Shown: positions 23,576 to 36,300 of the stretch, piece by piece | Position numbering within the stretch: position 1 is the first letter of the stretch | Layout: every line of letters starts with the position of its first letter | NCBI GenBank assembly: GCA_002269645.1 | Contig: NIVC01001205.1 | Coordinates: forward strand, 272,038 to 336,037 | From: Macrostomum lignano | Taxonomy: Eukaryota | Length of the DNA stretch: 64,000 bases | Direction of reading: 5' to 3' | Translations under genes and position numbers: made by a program | The notes under the pieces: generated by a model | Told to the model about the DNA's origin: nothing | The model's input: only the letters and a program-made list of their open reading frames with translations | The model's database searches: none

Positions 23576-26500
23576 TGTTGTATTGTTGGTGCACTCGCTC
23601 TTGTGCTAAGAAGATAATGATCAGCCTCTGGGGCTGCGACTCTCTTGTCTGTATATTTAACCATGGCTGAGCCATGGATACAAAATAAGAATTTACTTTG
23701 CATTCGTTGGGAATACAATATCTCTCCCCCCTTTGAACAAATACAGTCAGATAAACCAAAAATTGTTCAAAAATCGTTGCCCAAATTATCCAGGCACGAA
23801 TCTCTCCGGCGGCTTTGGATTCTGTCGGAGACCGATTCCTCGTTGTCGATCTCTCACTGTAGGCTCCGCCTGTACTGGCTGGTTTGCTGCTTTGAGCCTT
23901 GAGGGAACCTCCGTCTCGCATTTTTCTTCTGGGGAGTCTTTCCAATTAACTCTCTTTAGTCGCGAGAAGTTCCTTCGCACTATTCTGCCGTCTTTGGTTT
24001 GAATCCTCACAGTCGTGCCATTGGTCCCGACGACCGTTCCTGGTTGCACTTCATAAGGCTGTTCGTACTTGCTGTTGCGAAATTCTCGTCTCCAGATGAC
24101 CTGATTGCCAGGGCAGAACATCTTCTGGTACTTGGCTGGTCCGTCTTCTGCCATTTTCCATTTGTACTCGTCATCACGAGCTTTGATGTCGCTGTTTGGA
24201 GTCATGGTTCTCCTCTCAGGAATTGGTAACTTCCTGTCGAATTCCCTCTTAAAGAATAGCATCCCTGGGGATTCTCCAGTCGCGCGGATCGGTGAAGATC
24301 TGTAGCTGTACAATAACCGTCCAAGTTCTTGTTTCAGGTTCTTCCTTTCCCGACTGCAGATCTGCAGGGTCTTGTTCAGAGTTCTGTTGAAGCGTTCCAC
24401 TTCTGCGTTGCCACGAGGCCAGTATGGGGTGCTCTTTCGGTGCTTTACGTTAAATTCTCGCATTAGATTCTTGAATTCTTCGGATATGAACTGTGGACTA
24501 TTGTCTGTGATTAATTCTTCTGGTGCACCGTACGAGTGAAATACTTCCTTCATTTTATTGCTCACCTCCGTCGCGTCAGCCTTCGGCAACACGTAAACTA
24601 ACGGATAACGAGAATAGTAGTCTACGATGACTAATAGTGTCTTTCCAGACGGAAGAGGTCCTTTTAGATCGGTACCTATTAGCTTCCAGGCTCCTTCTGG
24701 TAGCTCCGTCGGAATGATTGGTGGTTTTCTCATTTCCGGAAGTGCTCTTGAGCAACTTTCACATGATGATACGAAGTTCTGTACATCTTCTGCCATCAGA
24801 GGCCACCAAACGCATCTTTTCAGCCGCTCCGTGATTTTGGTGATTCCCAGATGCCCTTAGTGCATTGTCTCTAACACTGCCATAACAGACTTTCTCGGAA
24901 CTACATAGCGGTCTTGGTACAACAGGACTCCATTTGTGCTGGAAAGTTGGCTTCTGACATTGTAATACGTGTTGGATTTACTCCATTGCCCCGTTTGTAG
25001 CGATCTCAAAGCTGATTGAATCCACGGGTCGTCTTTCGAATCCTTCTCAATGTCACTTTTAGAGATTCCCCAATATTGAGCTTCTGTAGAAATTTGCTGG
25101 ATGAGATGTTCGTCTGCCTTGGCACTTGATGCTTTGGGGTTCTCCACGTTCATCGGTTGTCTGGATAAGTAGTCTGCCTCGTTTGCCTCTCCTGGTTCGT
25201 ACTTTAATTTGAAATTGAAGTGCTGGAGGCGCATCGCCCATCTCTCGATTCTCGGAGGCGGTTTGGAACCTGGGCGAAAACAACCAAGCAGTGGCTTGTG
25301 ATCAGTAATAACCGTGAATTTTGGAGCGCCCAGTACATAGATCTGAAACTTTTCACACGCCCATTTTATTGCTAATGCCTCGCGCTCGGTCTGGCTGTAC
25401 CTTCTTTCGACGTCACTTAGCGTCCTGCTTGCGTAGCATACCGGACTGATGGTGCCTCGACTGTCTGTTTGGGTTAGAACAGCTCCGAGACCCACCGGTG
25501 AAGCGTCGACTCGAAGTTCGATTATTTTTGAAGTGTCGAAGTAGGCCAGTGTTTTTGAGGTAGAAGTTCGTTTAATGATTTCTGCAAAGGCTTCTTTCTG
25601 TGTTGTGCTCCAGTTCCAGTTGACTTGCTTTCGGGTTAACTTCTGAATCGGTTCTGCGATGGTCGCCAAGTTAGGGATGAAGCGTGAGACGAATTGCACT
25701 AGGCCTATGAACGACCTTACCTCACTGGGATTTGTAGGTTCTTTGAAATTCCGAATGGCTTGCACCTTTTCGTCACCAATTGGCAATCCCTTGCGAGTCA
25801 GCAGCATTCCCATGAAGGTTATTTTATCCACTGAAAACTTGCACTTTTCCTTCCCGATGGTTATGTTATTCTCTTTCAGTCGTTGCAGAACTTTTCTCAA
25901 GCGGTCATTGTGCTCTTCCAAAGTACAACCGTAGATCCCGATGTCATCCTGGATATTCAGAACTCCTGAAATGCCAGCAAGAACTTGATGCATTTCCGAT
26001 TGGAGTGCAAACGATGAGTTCACCCAGCCCATTGGTAGTCTCTTATATCTCATAAGTGGCCAGTCTTTCAGGCCTGTTGAAAATGTCGTGAGCATCCTGG
26101 AGTCTTCGTGCAGTTCTAGCTGATGAAACATTTTATTGCCATCCAAGTAGGAGAAGTACTTAGCATCGCCAACGTTAATCAGTTGTTCGTCGATGCTGGG
26201 CAGTGGATAGTGCTCCTTCCTAGTAGCTTTGTTTAGGTCTCTGAGATCAACCGTGGCTCTCAATTTACCGTTGGCCTTCGGAACAGCCACTATTCTTGAC
26301 ACCCATTCAGTAGTTCCCTTGACTGGCTCGATTATGTCCTCTCTTAACTGCCCTTCTAGTTCTTCGCGCAGTTTCTGGTGAAGTTGTGCTGGTATACGCG
26401 ATGGTGGATGAACAATAGGATTGGCGTTCTCCTTCAGGCGAATCTTAACTTTGCTGTCTTTGAGTTTTCCTATTCCACGGAAGACATCCTTGAACTCTTC

Positions 26501-27998
26501 CAGAATCACTTGCGTTGGCTGCTGAATGTTCTCGATGTGAAGGCAGCTTTTATCCGAGCCCCATGTCAGGAAACCGTGCTTGAAGGCGTCCTCAAATCCG
26601 ATAATAGTGCGTGCATCCTTTACTGGAGTTATGTGAAACTTCATTTGCTGTGTACTTTCGTTGAGAGTAACTTTCAGATGTACTGTGCCTTGGGTTTCGA
26701 TGGGGGTCCTGGCCCCGTACGACCAAATCTTGATATGTGATCTCGAGTTAATCTGATCCGGACTCACCATTTTAGCAACTGTGTTGTAGGATATTAGATT
26801 TAGATTGGAGCCCGAGTCAATTAGTACATCGCATTTTCTGCCGTTGATGACAGCTTGCTTTGTTGCACCGTTCTTCGCGCTGACGCTTGCTATCGTATGA
26901 ATCTCCTCTGAGTCTGACGATTCAGTCACGCCTGATTCTTTCGTTTCATAAACTTGAAGTTTACTTTTGGTTGGTAGTTTGGTTCTGCACATCTTGGCAT
27001 GATGTCCCACCTTATTGCACTTCTTGCAAGTATCGTTGCGCGCATAGCAGTTTTCTGCTGTATGTGAGCTTCTTCCACAGCGGCTACAGACATCGCGAGC
27101 ACTGGACTTTCTTCTGGGAAACTGCTTGCTGTCAGTTCCAGTTTTCTTCGATTTAGGGAATCTCCTTGGTCCTTTTGACTGTCCAACTGCATTGACGGTG
27201 CTCGGGTCGGAGACGTGCTTCTCAATGACGCCGCTCTGGCTGTTCGTCGATTCGAAGCATCTTCCTATTTCGATGGCTCTCTTCAGAGTCAGAGTTGACC
27301 CTTCTTGGATGAGCTTCCGTCTGAGGCTGTTCGAGTTGCAGTTTAGGACTACCAGATCGCGAATTATTCGGTCTTCATAGGACAGTTTGGTTGTTGCATC
27401 AGTGGTTGATACCTCGAGGTCGCAGTATTTCGCTGCTTCCCGCAGTCGGCCATGGAAAGAGTCAATGGCCTCACCTTCCTTTTGCCTGATTTGCAGCAGG
27501 TTGAAGGTTTCGTATACCACGTTTGTTCCGTCCTTGAAGTATTCGTCCAGTCGGGTCTGAGCCGTTTTGAAGTCAGATCCTGTGTTGTCCAGGTTTTCTA
27601 GTATTTTTCGAACTTTCACACCGGCACAGAGCAGAAATGCAGATCGCTTTCTTTTGTCGTCTGTTATTCCGCAGGCGTCCAACCACAGCGTGATTTCCTG
27701 TAGGTAGTCCTCCCATCTTTTCGCCACGTTCGATGGACCCTTTTCCGGGTCGAACGGAGATGGCTGAGGTAGTAGGCTCATCTTTGGTGTGCCGCCTCTG
27801 TCCTGTAATGGAGATGCACTTTCGTGCCAAGTGCGCTTTTACCGCTGCCACCAATGTTGTATTGTTGGTGCACTCGCTCTTGTGCTAAGAAGATAATGAT
27901 CAGCCTCTGGGGCTGCGACTCTCTTGTCTGTATTTTAACCATGGCTGAGCCATAGATACAAAATAAGAATTTACTTTGCATTCGTTGGGAATACAATA
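23576..27998 (-). mobile_element. Full-length young Mag-like Ty3/gypsy LTR retrotransposon
   Basis: LTRs at 23576-23720 and 27855-27998 differ by one substitution and one 1-bp indel. 5-bp TSD GGATT (23571-23575 and 27999-28003). PBS TGGTGGCAGCGGT (tRNA-Leu type, 27841-27853). PPT GGGGGGAGAGA abuts the 3' LTR. Confidence 0.97.
23786..27781 (-). pseudogene. Gag-Pol of the Mag-like element with one nonsense codon in the integrase zinc finger
   Basis: Two CCHC knuckles (CSRCGRSSHTAENC, CKKCNKVGHHAKMC), protease LIDSGS, RT NIQDD, RNase H DASPVG, integrase TDLKG/TDNSPQF/EVERFNR. ORFs 24857-27781 and 23786-24796 are in one frame, split by TAA at 24857-24859 in MH*GHLG (probably CAA to TAA). Confidence 0.95.
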
Positions 27999-28149
27999 GG
28001 ATTGCTTACAGATTGAGACTCAATAGCTAGGTTATTTTATAAACTGCCACTTTCTCTCTTATTCTAGCTCTTTTCTTGCTGGGTTCCCTCTTTTAGTTGC
28101 CTGCCAGTGTGTCTGTACTCTGTGTCTGTAATACTTAGCTGCCAAGGTC

Positions 28150-31100
28150 ATGGCAGAGTCCGAGTCGGTAGCCAAGCCAAGTACAGAGGATCCAGCAGCG
28201 AGTGGAGCTAGGACAGGCAGAAGTAGAGAGACAGAGCCAGGAGGCAGAAGTGGAGAGACAGAGCCAGGAGGTGGAAATGGGGAGACAGAGCTAGGAGGTA
28301 GAAGCGAGACAGTAGGCAGTAAAATTAGATTGTCAGAGACAGCTGGTGATGACGAGGCGGAGACAGATGAAGGTGACCTGCAGGAGTGCGAGACTTCCCT
28401 GGGCGATCTGGCCAGAACTTTGGCAGAGATCCGTGACAATGTTAAGTATTCAAAGTCGAGCCCTCGGCTCAGACCCCCAGCCGCCTATTCGCCCAAAATG
28501 AAATTCGAAATTTGGTGGACCCAGTTCAGCCTGTACTTAGAAGCGAATAACATAGGACGCGAGCACTGGACAGCTGTGCTGCTGTCATCATTGTCGCCAG
28601 AGTGCCAAGAGTACTTCTATAACCAGAGACTGCACGAGAAAGTTTTCGAAACCGCTGTTAAGCAGCTTAAGGGTCGGTACGGCGAACCAACGCATGTGGA
28701 CCAGTTTTATATAGAGCTTACCTCCGCCCAGCAGCTGCAGTCTGAAAGTATTCAAGAATATTTCGATCGCCTTGTTAGCCTTGCTAACTCTGCGAACTTG
28801 AGCCGCAATGAGTACGAGCCTTTAGTTAGGACGCGATTTTGCTATGGGTTAACTGACAAGTTAATAGCAGAAAAGTTAATCAATTTGCTGCAAGAGAAGC
28901 CAAGGCCGTCTCTTGAAAGACTTTTAACCAGAGCCCGAGACGCCGCCCAAACTAGGCAATTACTCAAATTAGCAGAACCGCCGAAAGTCCGTAGTGTTGA
29001 GTCAGATGAGATCCAAGCCCTGAAGGCAAGGATCAAGGAGCTTGAAAAGAAACAGTCAAGTCAGCAACAAACGACAGCAAACGACAATAGACACCCTGGA
29101 GCCCCGAGTTTTCAGCCACCGCAGCATGTCCTGAACTCCAGTAACTATAATCTCAAGAACCGTAGGCCACCGAAGTGCTTTAGGTGTGGGGAGACGGACC
29201 ATCTGATCGCAGAGTGTCCCTATCCCAGAGAGCCGGGTGCCAGTGCGCCACCTTCGAAGTTCAGGGCTCCGCAGCCGTTCGTCGACCCGAAGGACAGAGG
29301 GAAGTCGAGCCCGAGACCGCCCAGAGAGAGGGGGGTAGTGACCCACTGGAAGGATTCCTACGGGTTCGTCCGGTCCTCCCAAATCGGAGACTCAGTTTTC
29401 GTGCACCTGTCCCAGCTAGTGCAGCCCCTGATGGACCTGGCCTTAAACCACCAGCTAGTGGGCACCCATGTGACCTTCGGCCGAGTTGCTGACGCTGGAA
29501 AGACCAGGGACCGGGCCATCAGCGTGACTGCAGATTCGGTAGACCCCAAGTGTGCGGAGGCCTCTTCCGACCTGCCCCACTACAAGGCGGGATTCTATGT
29601 TCAGATCGAGGTCGGAGAGACGAAGACCGTGGCCCTCTTGGACCCTGGAGCCAATGCATCGCTGATTTGCCCCAAGATGAGAGACAGGCTAGTAGAGGCG
29701 GATCCCATCAATAATGTCTTCACCCCCGCCCGAATCCAGCGAACTGCGACTGGGTTCAACGGAGCCAGCTCAGAAATCCTGGGAAAGCTCGAGTGTGAGT
29801 TAAGCTTAGGCAAACTGAAGAAGCAGCATATTTTCCTAGTTATCGATGGCTCCCTGAGTGAGACGCTTTTAGGACTGGATTTCTGCAGCAGTTTCCAAAT
29901 TGTCATGGACATGGCCTGTGACCGTGTGACTTGTGCAGGGGAGCATGTCCCAACCCTGCGGGGATCGAGTGACATCTGTAGCGTGAACCGTGTGGTCGCC
30001 GCTTGCGACACGGTCCTGCCGCCGCGCTCAGAAGCCCTGGTCCCAGCTAGAGCCATAGACGCCGAGAGCAACGCCCATGGGGTTGTCAGCGCGAGGCTGT
30101 TCAATTCAGATTCGGCCATCGTGGTCGCTAATTCTCTAGACCAGGTCAGCCCCACCAGCCACGTGTTAGTTAGGGTCCTGAATAGCAGTGAAGAAGAGAT
30201 TACTGTTGCCAAGGGTGAGGAGGTAGCGTCATTTAAGAAGCTAGGGGACGACGAGAGCGTGGTGTGCACCCGACTAAACGAAAGCGATTTCAGCTTCGAC
30301 AAGGTAGATCTGCTTAACGACAAGCTGGCAAGACTACCCTACCCAGACCCAGGAACAGCCAAGTGGCTAATGAACCAGTTCAATTTGCTAGACTCTAACC
30401 TAACTAAGAAGCAGCTGGATACCACCGTCAAAATGTTAAATTATTTCCTCAGTCAAATTTCTCACTCCGAAACAGATCTAGGCAAAACCACGCTGCATGA
30501 GATGACGATCGAGCTCAAAGACCCGAGTTGCCGCCCGATTTCCCAACCGTCCAGGCGGACAACGCCGGCCCAGAAAGAGTTCTTAGACAAGCATATTGCC
30601 CAGCTTTTAGATCAGGGAGTGGTTGAGGAGTGTGACTCTGACTGGTCTTCGCCAATTGTGCTTGTGAAAAAGAAGGACGGTACGTATCGCCTGTGCGTAG
30701 ACTACCGCGCCCTAAACAAGTACATAAAGCCGTGCTCATTTCCTCTGCCGCTGATAGAAGAGTCATTCGACAGTTTGGCGGGCTCCAACGTATTCAGCAG
30801 CTTAGACCTGACGAGCGCGTACTGGCAAGTAGGAATCAGGGAAGCTGACCGCGATCTCACCGCGTTTTCCTGCCCTCAGGGGACTTTCCGTTGGACCGTT
30901 GTTCCCTTCGGGATAAAGACCGCCCCAGCCAGTTTTGCTAAGCTTATGCATAAGGTTTTCAGACCGCTGCTGTTGCGGGTCAGTCTGATTTACCTTGACG
31001 ACATCATCATCAAAGCTAGGAATAACGATGAGATGATATCCCACCTAGCGCTTGTTTTCTGGCAGCTTAGAAAAGCCAATTTGAAGATCAGGCCATCAAA

Positions 31101-32249
31101 ATGCGAATTGTTCAAGGACAGACTTAGGTTTCTGGGATTTGTGGTCTCCTCGAGAGGGATCGAAGCGGACCCACCAAGACTGAAGTAGTGCGACAGTGGT
31201 GCACCCCTAGGGACAAAAAGCAGCTGTTATCCTTTCTGGGATTTGCTAATTATTACAGAAAGTTCGTCCCCAGGTTTTCTATCATAGCCACGCCCCTGTA
31301 CGCCTTAGCCAAAAGTTCGGAGAAATTTGTCTGGCGCCAAGTGCACGAGAGTGCGTTCCAGGAACTGAAGGCGAGTCTGTGCCAGCCGCCAGTGTTGACC
31401 TACCCAGACTTGAGTCCTAGCGCGGGAACCTTCATCCTAGACTGCGACAGTTCCCTAGATGGTGTAGGAGCAGTCCTTTCCCAGCTAGACAGGAACGGTA
31501 AAGAACAGGTTATTGCCTACGCGTCGAAGAAGTTCAGTAGTGCGCAGCGCAATTATTGTGCGACTATGAGGGAGCTGCTAGGGTTGGTCTTGATGCTAGA
31601 GCAATTTCGAACCTATCTCCTAGACCGTGAGTTTCTAGTTCGAACCGATGCCGTTGCTTTAAAGTGGTTGCACTCAAAGAAGCACGCAACCGGCATGCTA
31701 GCTCAGTGGTTGGTCACCCTGGAACCGTATACGTTTAAGGTCGACCAGACGCCCCTAGAAAGGATAGCGGAGTACGATTTCCAAGTGAACCACAGAGCCG
31801 GTCTAGATCACGTTAACGCAGACATCCTCAGTCGAAATCCCAAGTTCAGAGCAGATCATTTCGATTGCCCAACCTGCAGCTTGATCCCAGATTTCAAAGC
31901 CAAGTTCCAGAAGGGTAAAAATGTAGCGCCATCGGAGCCTAGTGAAGTCAAAGCCAACCGCATCAGCGTCGATAGTAGCACCCAGACCCTCGCCTCCACG
32001 GGTAGTCAGACCCTGGAAGCTGAGTCCCAATTTACGGTCCCAGCGCAGGACAAGCCGGTAGTAGATTTAGCTATTCAGACTGAGCGTTTCACTGAAGTTA
32101 ATGAGTTAGCCCACGGCAGCGAGCACTTAGCCGCCCCAACTCCTGTTGCGGGCACGGACACAGCTGGAAGTGAACCAGAGACCCGGTCCCCAGCTGCGGC
32201 TCATGCTGTTCAAGTGGAGGACCCGGGTAGATCCGAGGTCTGTGCTTGA
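28150..32249 (+). pseudogene. Gag-[CCHC]-[cold-shock domain]-PR-RT-RNase H polyprotein of copy B, one frameshift near 31171
   Basis: CFRCGETDHLIAEC (29176-29217), CSD (29326-29529), LLDPGA, RT SPIVLVKKKDG/LDLTSAYWQV/YLDDII, RNase H DCDSSLDGVGAVL/ADILSR. DPPRLK* against the expected DPTKTEVVRQW indicates a 1-bp deletion. The last residues of the second ORF come from the adjoining element. Confidence 0.93.
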
Positions 32250-32491
32250 AGTTCGAACTCTCGTAGCCAACGGATGAATGATCGTCCCATCTCATAGTCT
32301 CCTACCGATAGGTTGATGGCTTGCACCACTGTCGGTAGATCTCTGGTCTGCTGCTGTGCCAGTTGTCTTGTCAGGTCGTTGATACGCTCCTGCAGTTGCG
32401 CTAAATCTTCGGCCATGTTGTCTTGTGGTGCGTCTTCTGGTTGTTGTTGATCTTGTTGTGGATCGTCTTGATGCTGCTCGTCTTGATGCAA
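32222..32491 (-). mobile_element. N-terminal gag fragment of another gypsy element joined head-on to copy B
   Basis: MAEDLAQLQERINDLTRQLAQQ...SFIRWLREFELQA resembles a retrotransposon gag N-terminus (F..WL..FE). There is an abrupt junction with copy B pol. Confidence 0.6.
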
Positions 32492-33394
32492 ATCTTCTTA
32501 GTGCTGTTCTTCTTGTTGAAGCATGCGAATTCTGGCTCGGACGGTACGTCGATTGTTGGGTAAACCTGTGGGGTCTGGAGCTTGGTAGTTTTCCAAAAAG
32601 TGAGGATGCGCTTATAAACGTTGCGGTGTGGGCCGCAAGAATTGGTAAGATTCAGGTTGCAATTGGTATAATAAAACACAAGCAAATTATCGTTGGCGGT
32701 GCTGTCCTGCTAGTGAGCAATTAAACGGTTTAAAATAGACAAATTACAAAGGGGCAGAGGTTGGGATACGCTTCAGGCTCAGGCGGTGCAGTCGGGGTGG
32801 GTTTCTGTTGTTTCAAGTAATTCACGCATTTGTTGTAATTTTCTTTCAAGTAATCACCGCATTGCATTTTATCGTACTATTTTAGCATTTCAATATAAGC
32901 GGTTATCAAGCATTAAAGTAATGTAATGTTACCTGTAATTGTTTTATTCGTAATGTTTCATCGTGTCATCTCTAGTATTCGCGCAATAAATGGTTTCAAT
33001 CGGAAAGAAGTGCTTCTCATATGTGCCTGGATTGGCTAAGGTTGCGTAGCTTGAAATAGTGAAATTCTGTGTTTATTTTTAGTATCACTCATTTTTTATG
33101 CAGGCTTTCCCGCTGTTATCATTGTTATGTCGGCTTGGATTGCCTTGAAAATGTGAGCTCAGTATTAACGAGGGTTTATGTAGCTGTGCCTGGTAAGGCA
33201 GACATGTTAGTGTAACAACCCTAAGACACTACACTGGCAGGGTGCAGTGACACGGACGGGCGTCTGTGCAGAATGGAAGTGCTAGGAAGGGAGATGCCTG
33301 ATAAGAAATCCTCAGTGACTCGCACCTCTATTCCTTACGTCGACCCTGCTGCCGAGAGTAAAACTCTCCCCGCAAGGACCTGCCTTCAAAAGCA

Positions 33395-36300
33395 GCTCAA
33401 AAGGAGTTTCTAGATCAACATGTAGCCCAGATGCTCGAGCAGGGGGTCATCGAAGAATGTGACTCCGACTGGGTGTAGCCCATCGTTCTAGTCAAAAAGA
33501 AGGATGGCACTCAACGCCTTTGCATAGACTACAGGGCTGTCAACAAGCTCATCAAGCCGTGAAGCTTCCCTCTGCCACTCATCGAGGAATCCTTTGATAG
33601 CCTTGCTGAGGCCACTGGCATATCCAGACCTCTCTGCCAAGGGTTGCGAATTTATCTTGGATTGCGATAGCTCGCTAGATGGCACAGGGGGTGTGCTGTA
33701 TCAGCTGGGGCCAGATGGCCAAGAGCAAGTCATAGCCTACGCTTCCAAGAAATTCAATAGTAGTCAGAGAAACTACTGCGCCACCATGAGGGAGTTGATA
33801 GGGCTCGTCCTAATGCTGGAACACTTCCGTCCTTATCTGCTGGATAAGCCTTTTACTGTCCGGGTAGACGCAGCTGCGCTCAAATGGCTGCACGCAAAGA
33901 AGCATGCCACCGGTATGCTGGCCCAATGGCTTGCCACTATCGAGCTCTACCCACTGAAAGTCCAACAGTCCACTCTGGAACGAATCCCAGAGTATGATTT
34001 CACAGTCCAGTACCGTCCAGGCGTTGATTATGTGCCGGCTAACGCTCTCAGTAGGCTACCAAAATTCAGAGCTGACCACTTCAACTGCCCGACGTGTAGT
34101 CAAATTCCGTAATTCAAGAGGAAATTCCTGGATCAAGACCCTAAGGCGCGTCGCGTCGAAACTCGCCAACTGGGGAATTGCGACAGGTGAGCGTCAAGAA
34201 CACGGGCAAAAGTGTCGCGTGCCAGACGGACGCCGATAGCAGCCTCCCACCATCACAGCCAGCCAGTCCAAAGCCAACCCCGGTGCCCAAGGAGGCGCCA
34301 AAAGTCACTTTGGCCAAGCCGCCGACAAATGCCCGCGCTGCTGTTAGTAGTGCTGTTCCCAGTCCAAGGACTGAATCCCTCGAACCTGAATTAGAATCTC
34401 AAGTACCACCTGAACTCATCTGGGCCCAAAATGCCCAGGACTCCTGCATTGACATGGCGCGCTTACTCGCCAGTGTCCAGCGTAAGGCCGAGCCATTGTC
34501 CAAGGCCGAGCTGCAGAGCTGCAGCCGAGAAATGCGCTCCCTCTGGGCTCGATTCTACGACCTCAAAGTTATCGAAGGCCTCCTGTGCCTAGTCAAGCCT
34601 ACAAAAGCCAAGACAGCCAACAGACGTCTAGTAGTGCCCGAAACTGCGGATGTCAGCCACCTAGTCCTCCAATATCATGGCCAGCTAAATCGCTGCGGCA
34701 TCACCAAGACGATGTCCGCCCTGAAAGAACGCTTCGCGATTTCCGACTTAAATACCATTGTCAAAGGGGTTCTTGCTGAGTGCACTGTCTGCGCCAAGAC
34801 AAAGAAATCAAAGTGCAAGCTCAAGGCCCCCATGCAACCAGAACTGTCCGGCTACCCGAATCAGGTTGTTCATGTGGACCATGCAGGCCCATTCGAGGAA
34901 TGTGATGGGTACAAGTACCTGCTGGTCATGATCGACCGGTTCACCGGGTTTGTCGAGGTCACTCCTGTCCCCGATGTCGGTGCTGAGACCACCGCCACTA
35001 CCATCCTGACGGAATGGGTAGCCCGGTATGGTGTGATGGAGCAGCTGGTATCTGACAACGGGACAGCCTTCATCAATAGCACTATGGCAGAACTGACTAG
35101 GCTCTTACAAGTTGATATGGGCCGGATCACAGCACGCCGTCCTCAGGCTAATGGCAAGGCTGATAGAATGATTCAGACGGTGAAGGCACAGATCAGGGCC
35201 ATCTGTCTTGAAAGGAAATGCGATTGGCCTCTTGCCAGCCGTCTGGCCGCCATGTCAGTTCGTGCCACAGTGGCAGAGTCCACAGGGTTTACGCCAGCCA
35301 AGCTTTTCTTCGGCCGTGAGTTTGAATTGCCATTAGAGCTTTGTCACAATCCACCAGCCAACAAGTACTACTGGTATCAGCCGGAGAGGTATGCCCACCA
35401 ATTGCATCGCACCTTAGTCGAAGTCTCTGCCTTAGCCCGACGCACTAGGGGCAAAGTTCAAGAAAGGCAGAAGAGATATTACGACGGCCACGCACTCCGC
35501 GCTGAGTTTCACGAAGGGGAATTAGTCTGGGTCTTAAACCCAAATCACAAGGGCATTGAACCCGCTGTGTGTTTGGGGCAATACCGAGTAGTGCAGCGCT
35601 GCTCAGAGCGGACCTACCGCTTGGTCCCTGAGTATGGCCTCCTAAACCCAGCAGATCGGGTGCCAAATCCACGCCACAACATTTACAATATTGACCGTCT
35701 CAAGCAGTGCATCAGACAGCCCACCTACCAAGATGTGATTGACATGTATGGTGAAGCAGCCCGTGCAAGATCTTTATCACCTCCTAGTGACAGCTCCTCC
35801 AGCTACAGCAAATCCACAAACGAGCCCAGCTTCGTGACCATTCCCCAACCTCCCTCTGCCCGGCCAGGAAGCCCAAGCAGAGAGTCAGGGCCTAAGCCAC
35901 TATCGCCAGCTTCAGGCGCTTCTGAGGAGAGGCGGGAGCTGGAGCTGGGGAGGGACAGCCAATCGCCGAAGCCGGCGATGCTGTAGCCATTGAAGGACAA
36001 GCCAGCGCTGACAGAACCGACACTGACACCAGCCACAGCCAAGATAGCTCGGAATCGCCCCACACAGCTTCCCTAGGGGACTCTTCCCTGCCGGCCTCCG
36101 AGCCAATAGAGCCACCCGAACCCTTTGCGAACCCAGTCGCCGCACCGGAAGTTGGCCCATCAGCCCCGGCCGCGGAACCCAGATCTGTTTTTACCCTGGC
36201 TGCCTCTCTGGTAGCTTGTCTAAGGGTTGTGCGCATTCCGATTGGCCTGGCTTCGGCTAGCCGAATTTCTAAGGGTCGCCCCGGAGGGGCTGTGCCCATT

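Larger units (their letters stand above)
22621..32222 (+). mobile_element. Ty3/gypsy copy B (tRNA-Gln primed), interrupted in its 5' UTR by a Mag-like element and truncated before integrase
   Basis: LTR end GTCGCGTCACA (22621-22631), PBS TGGAGGTCCCACCGAGA (22638-22654), UTR resuming after the GGATT TSD at 28004, gag-pol from 28150. Confidence 0.85.
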
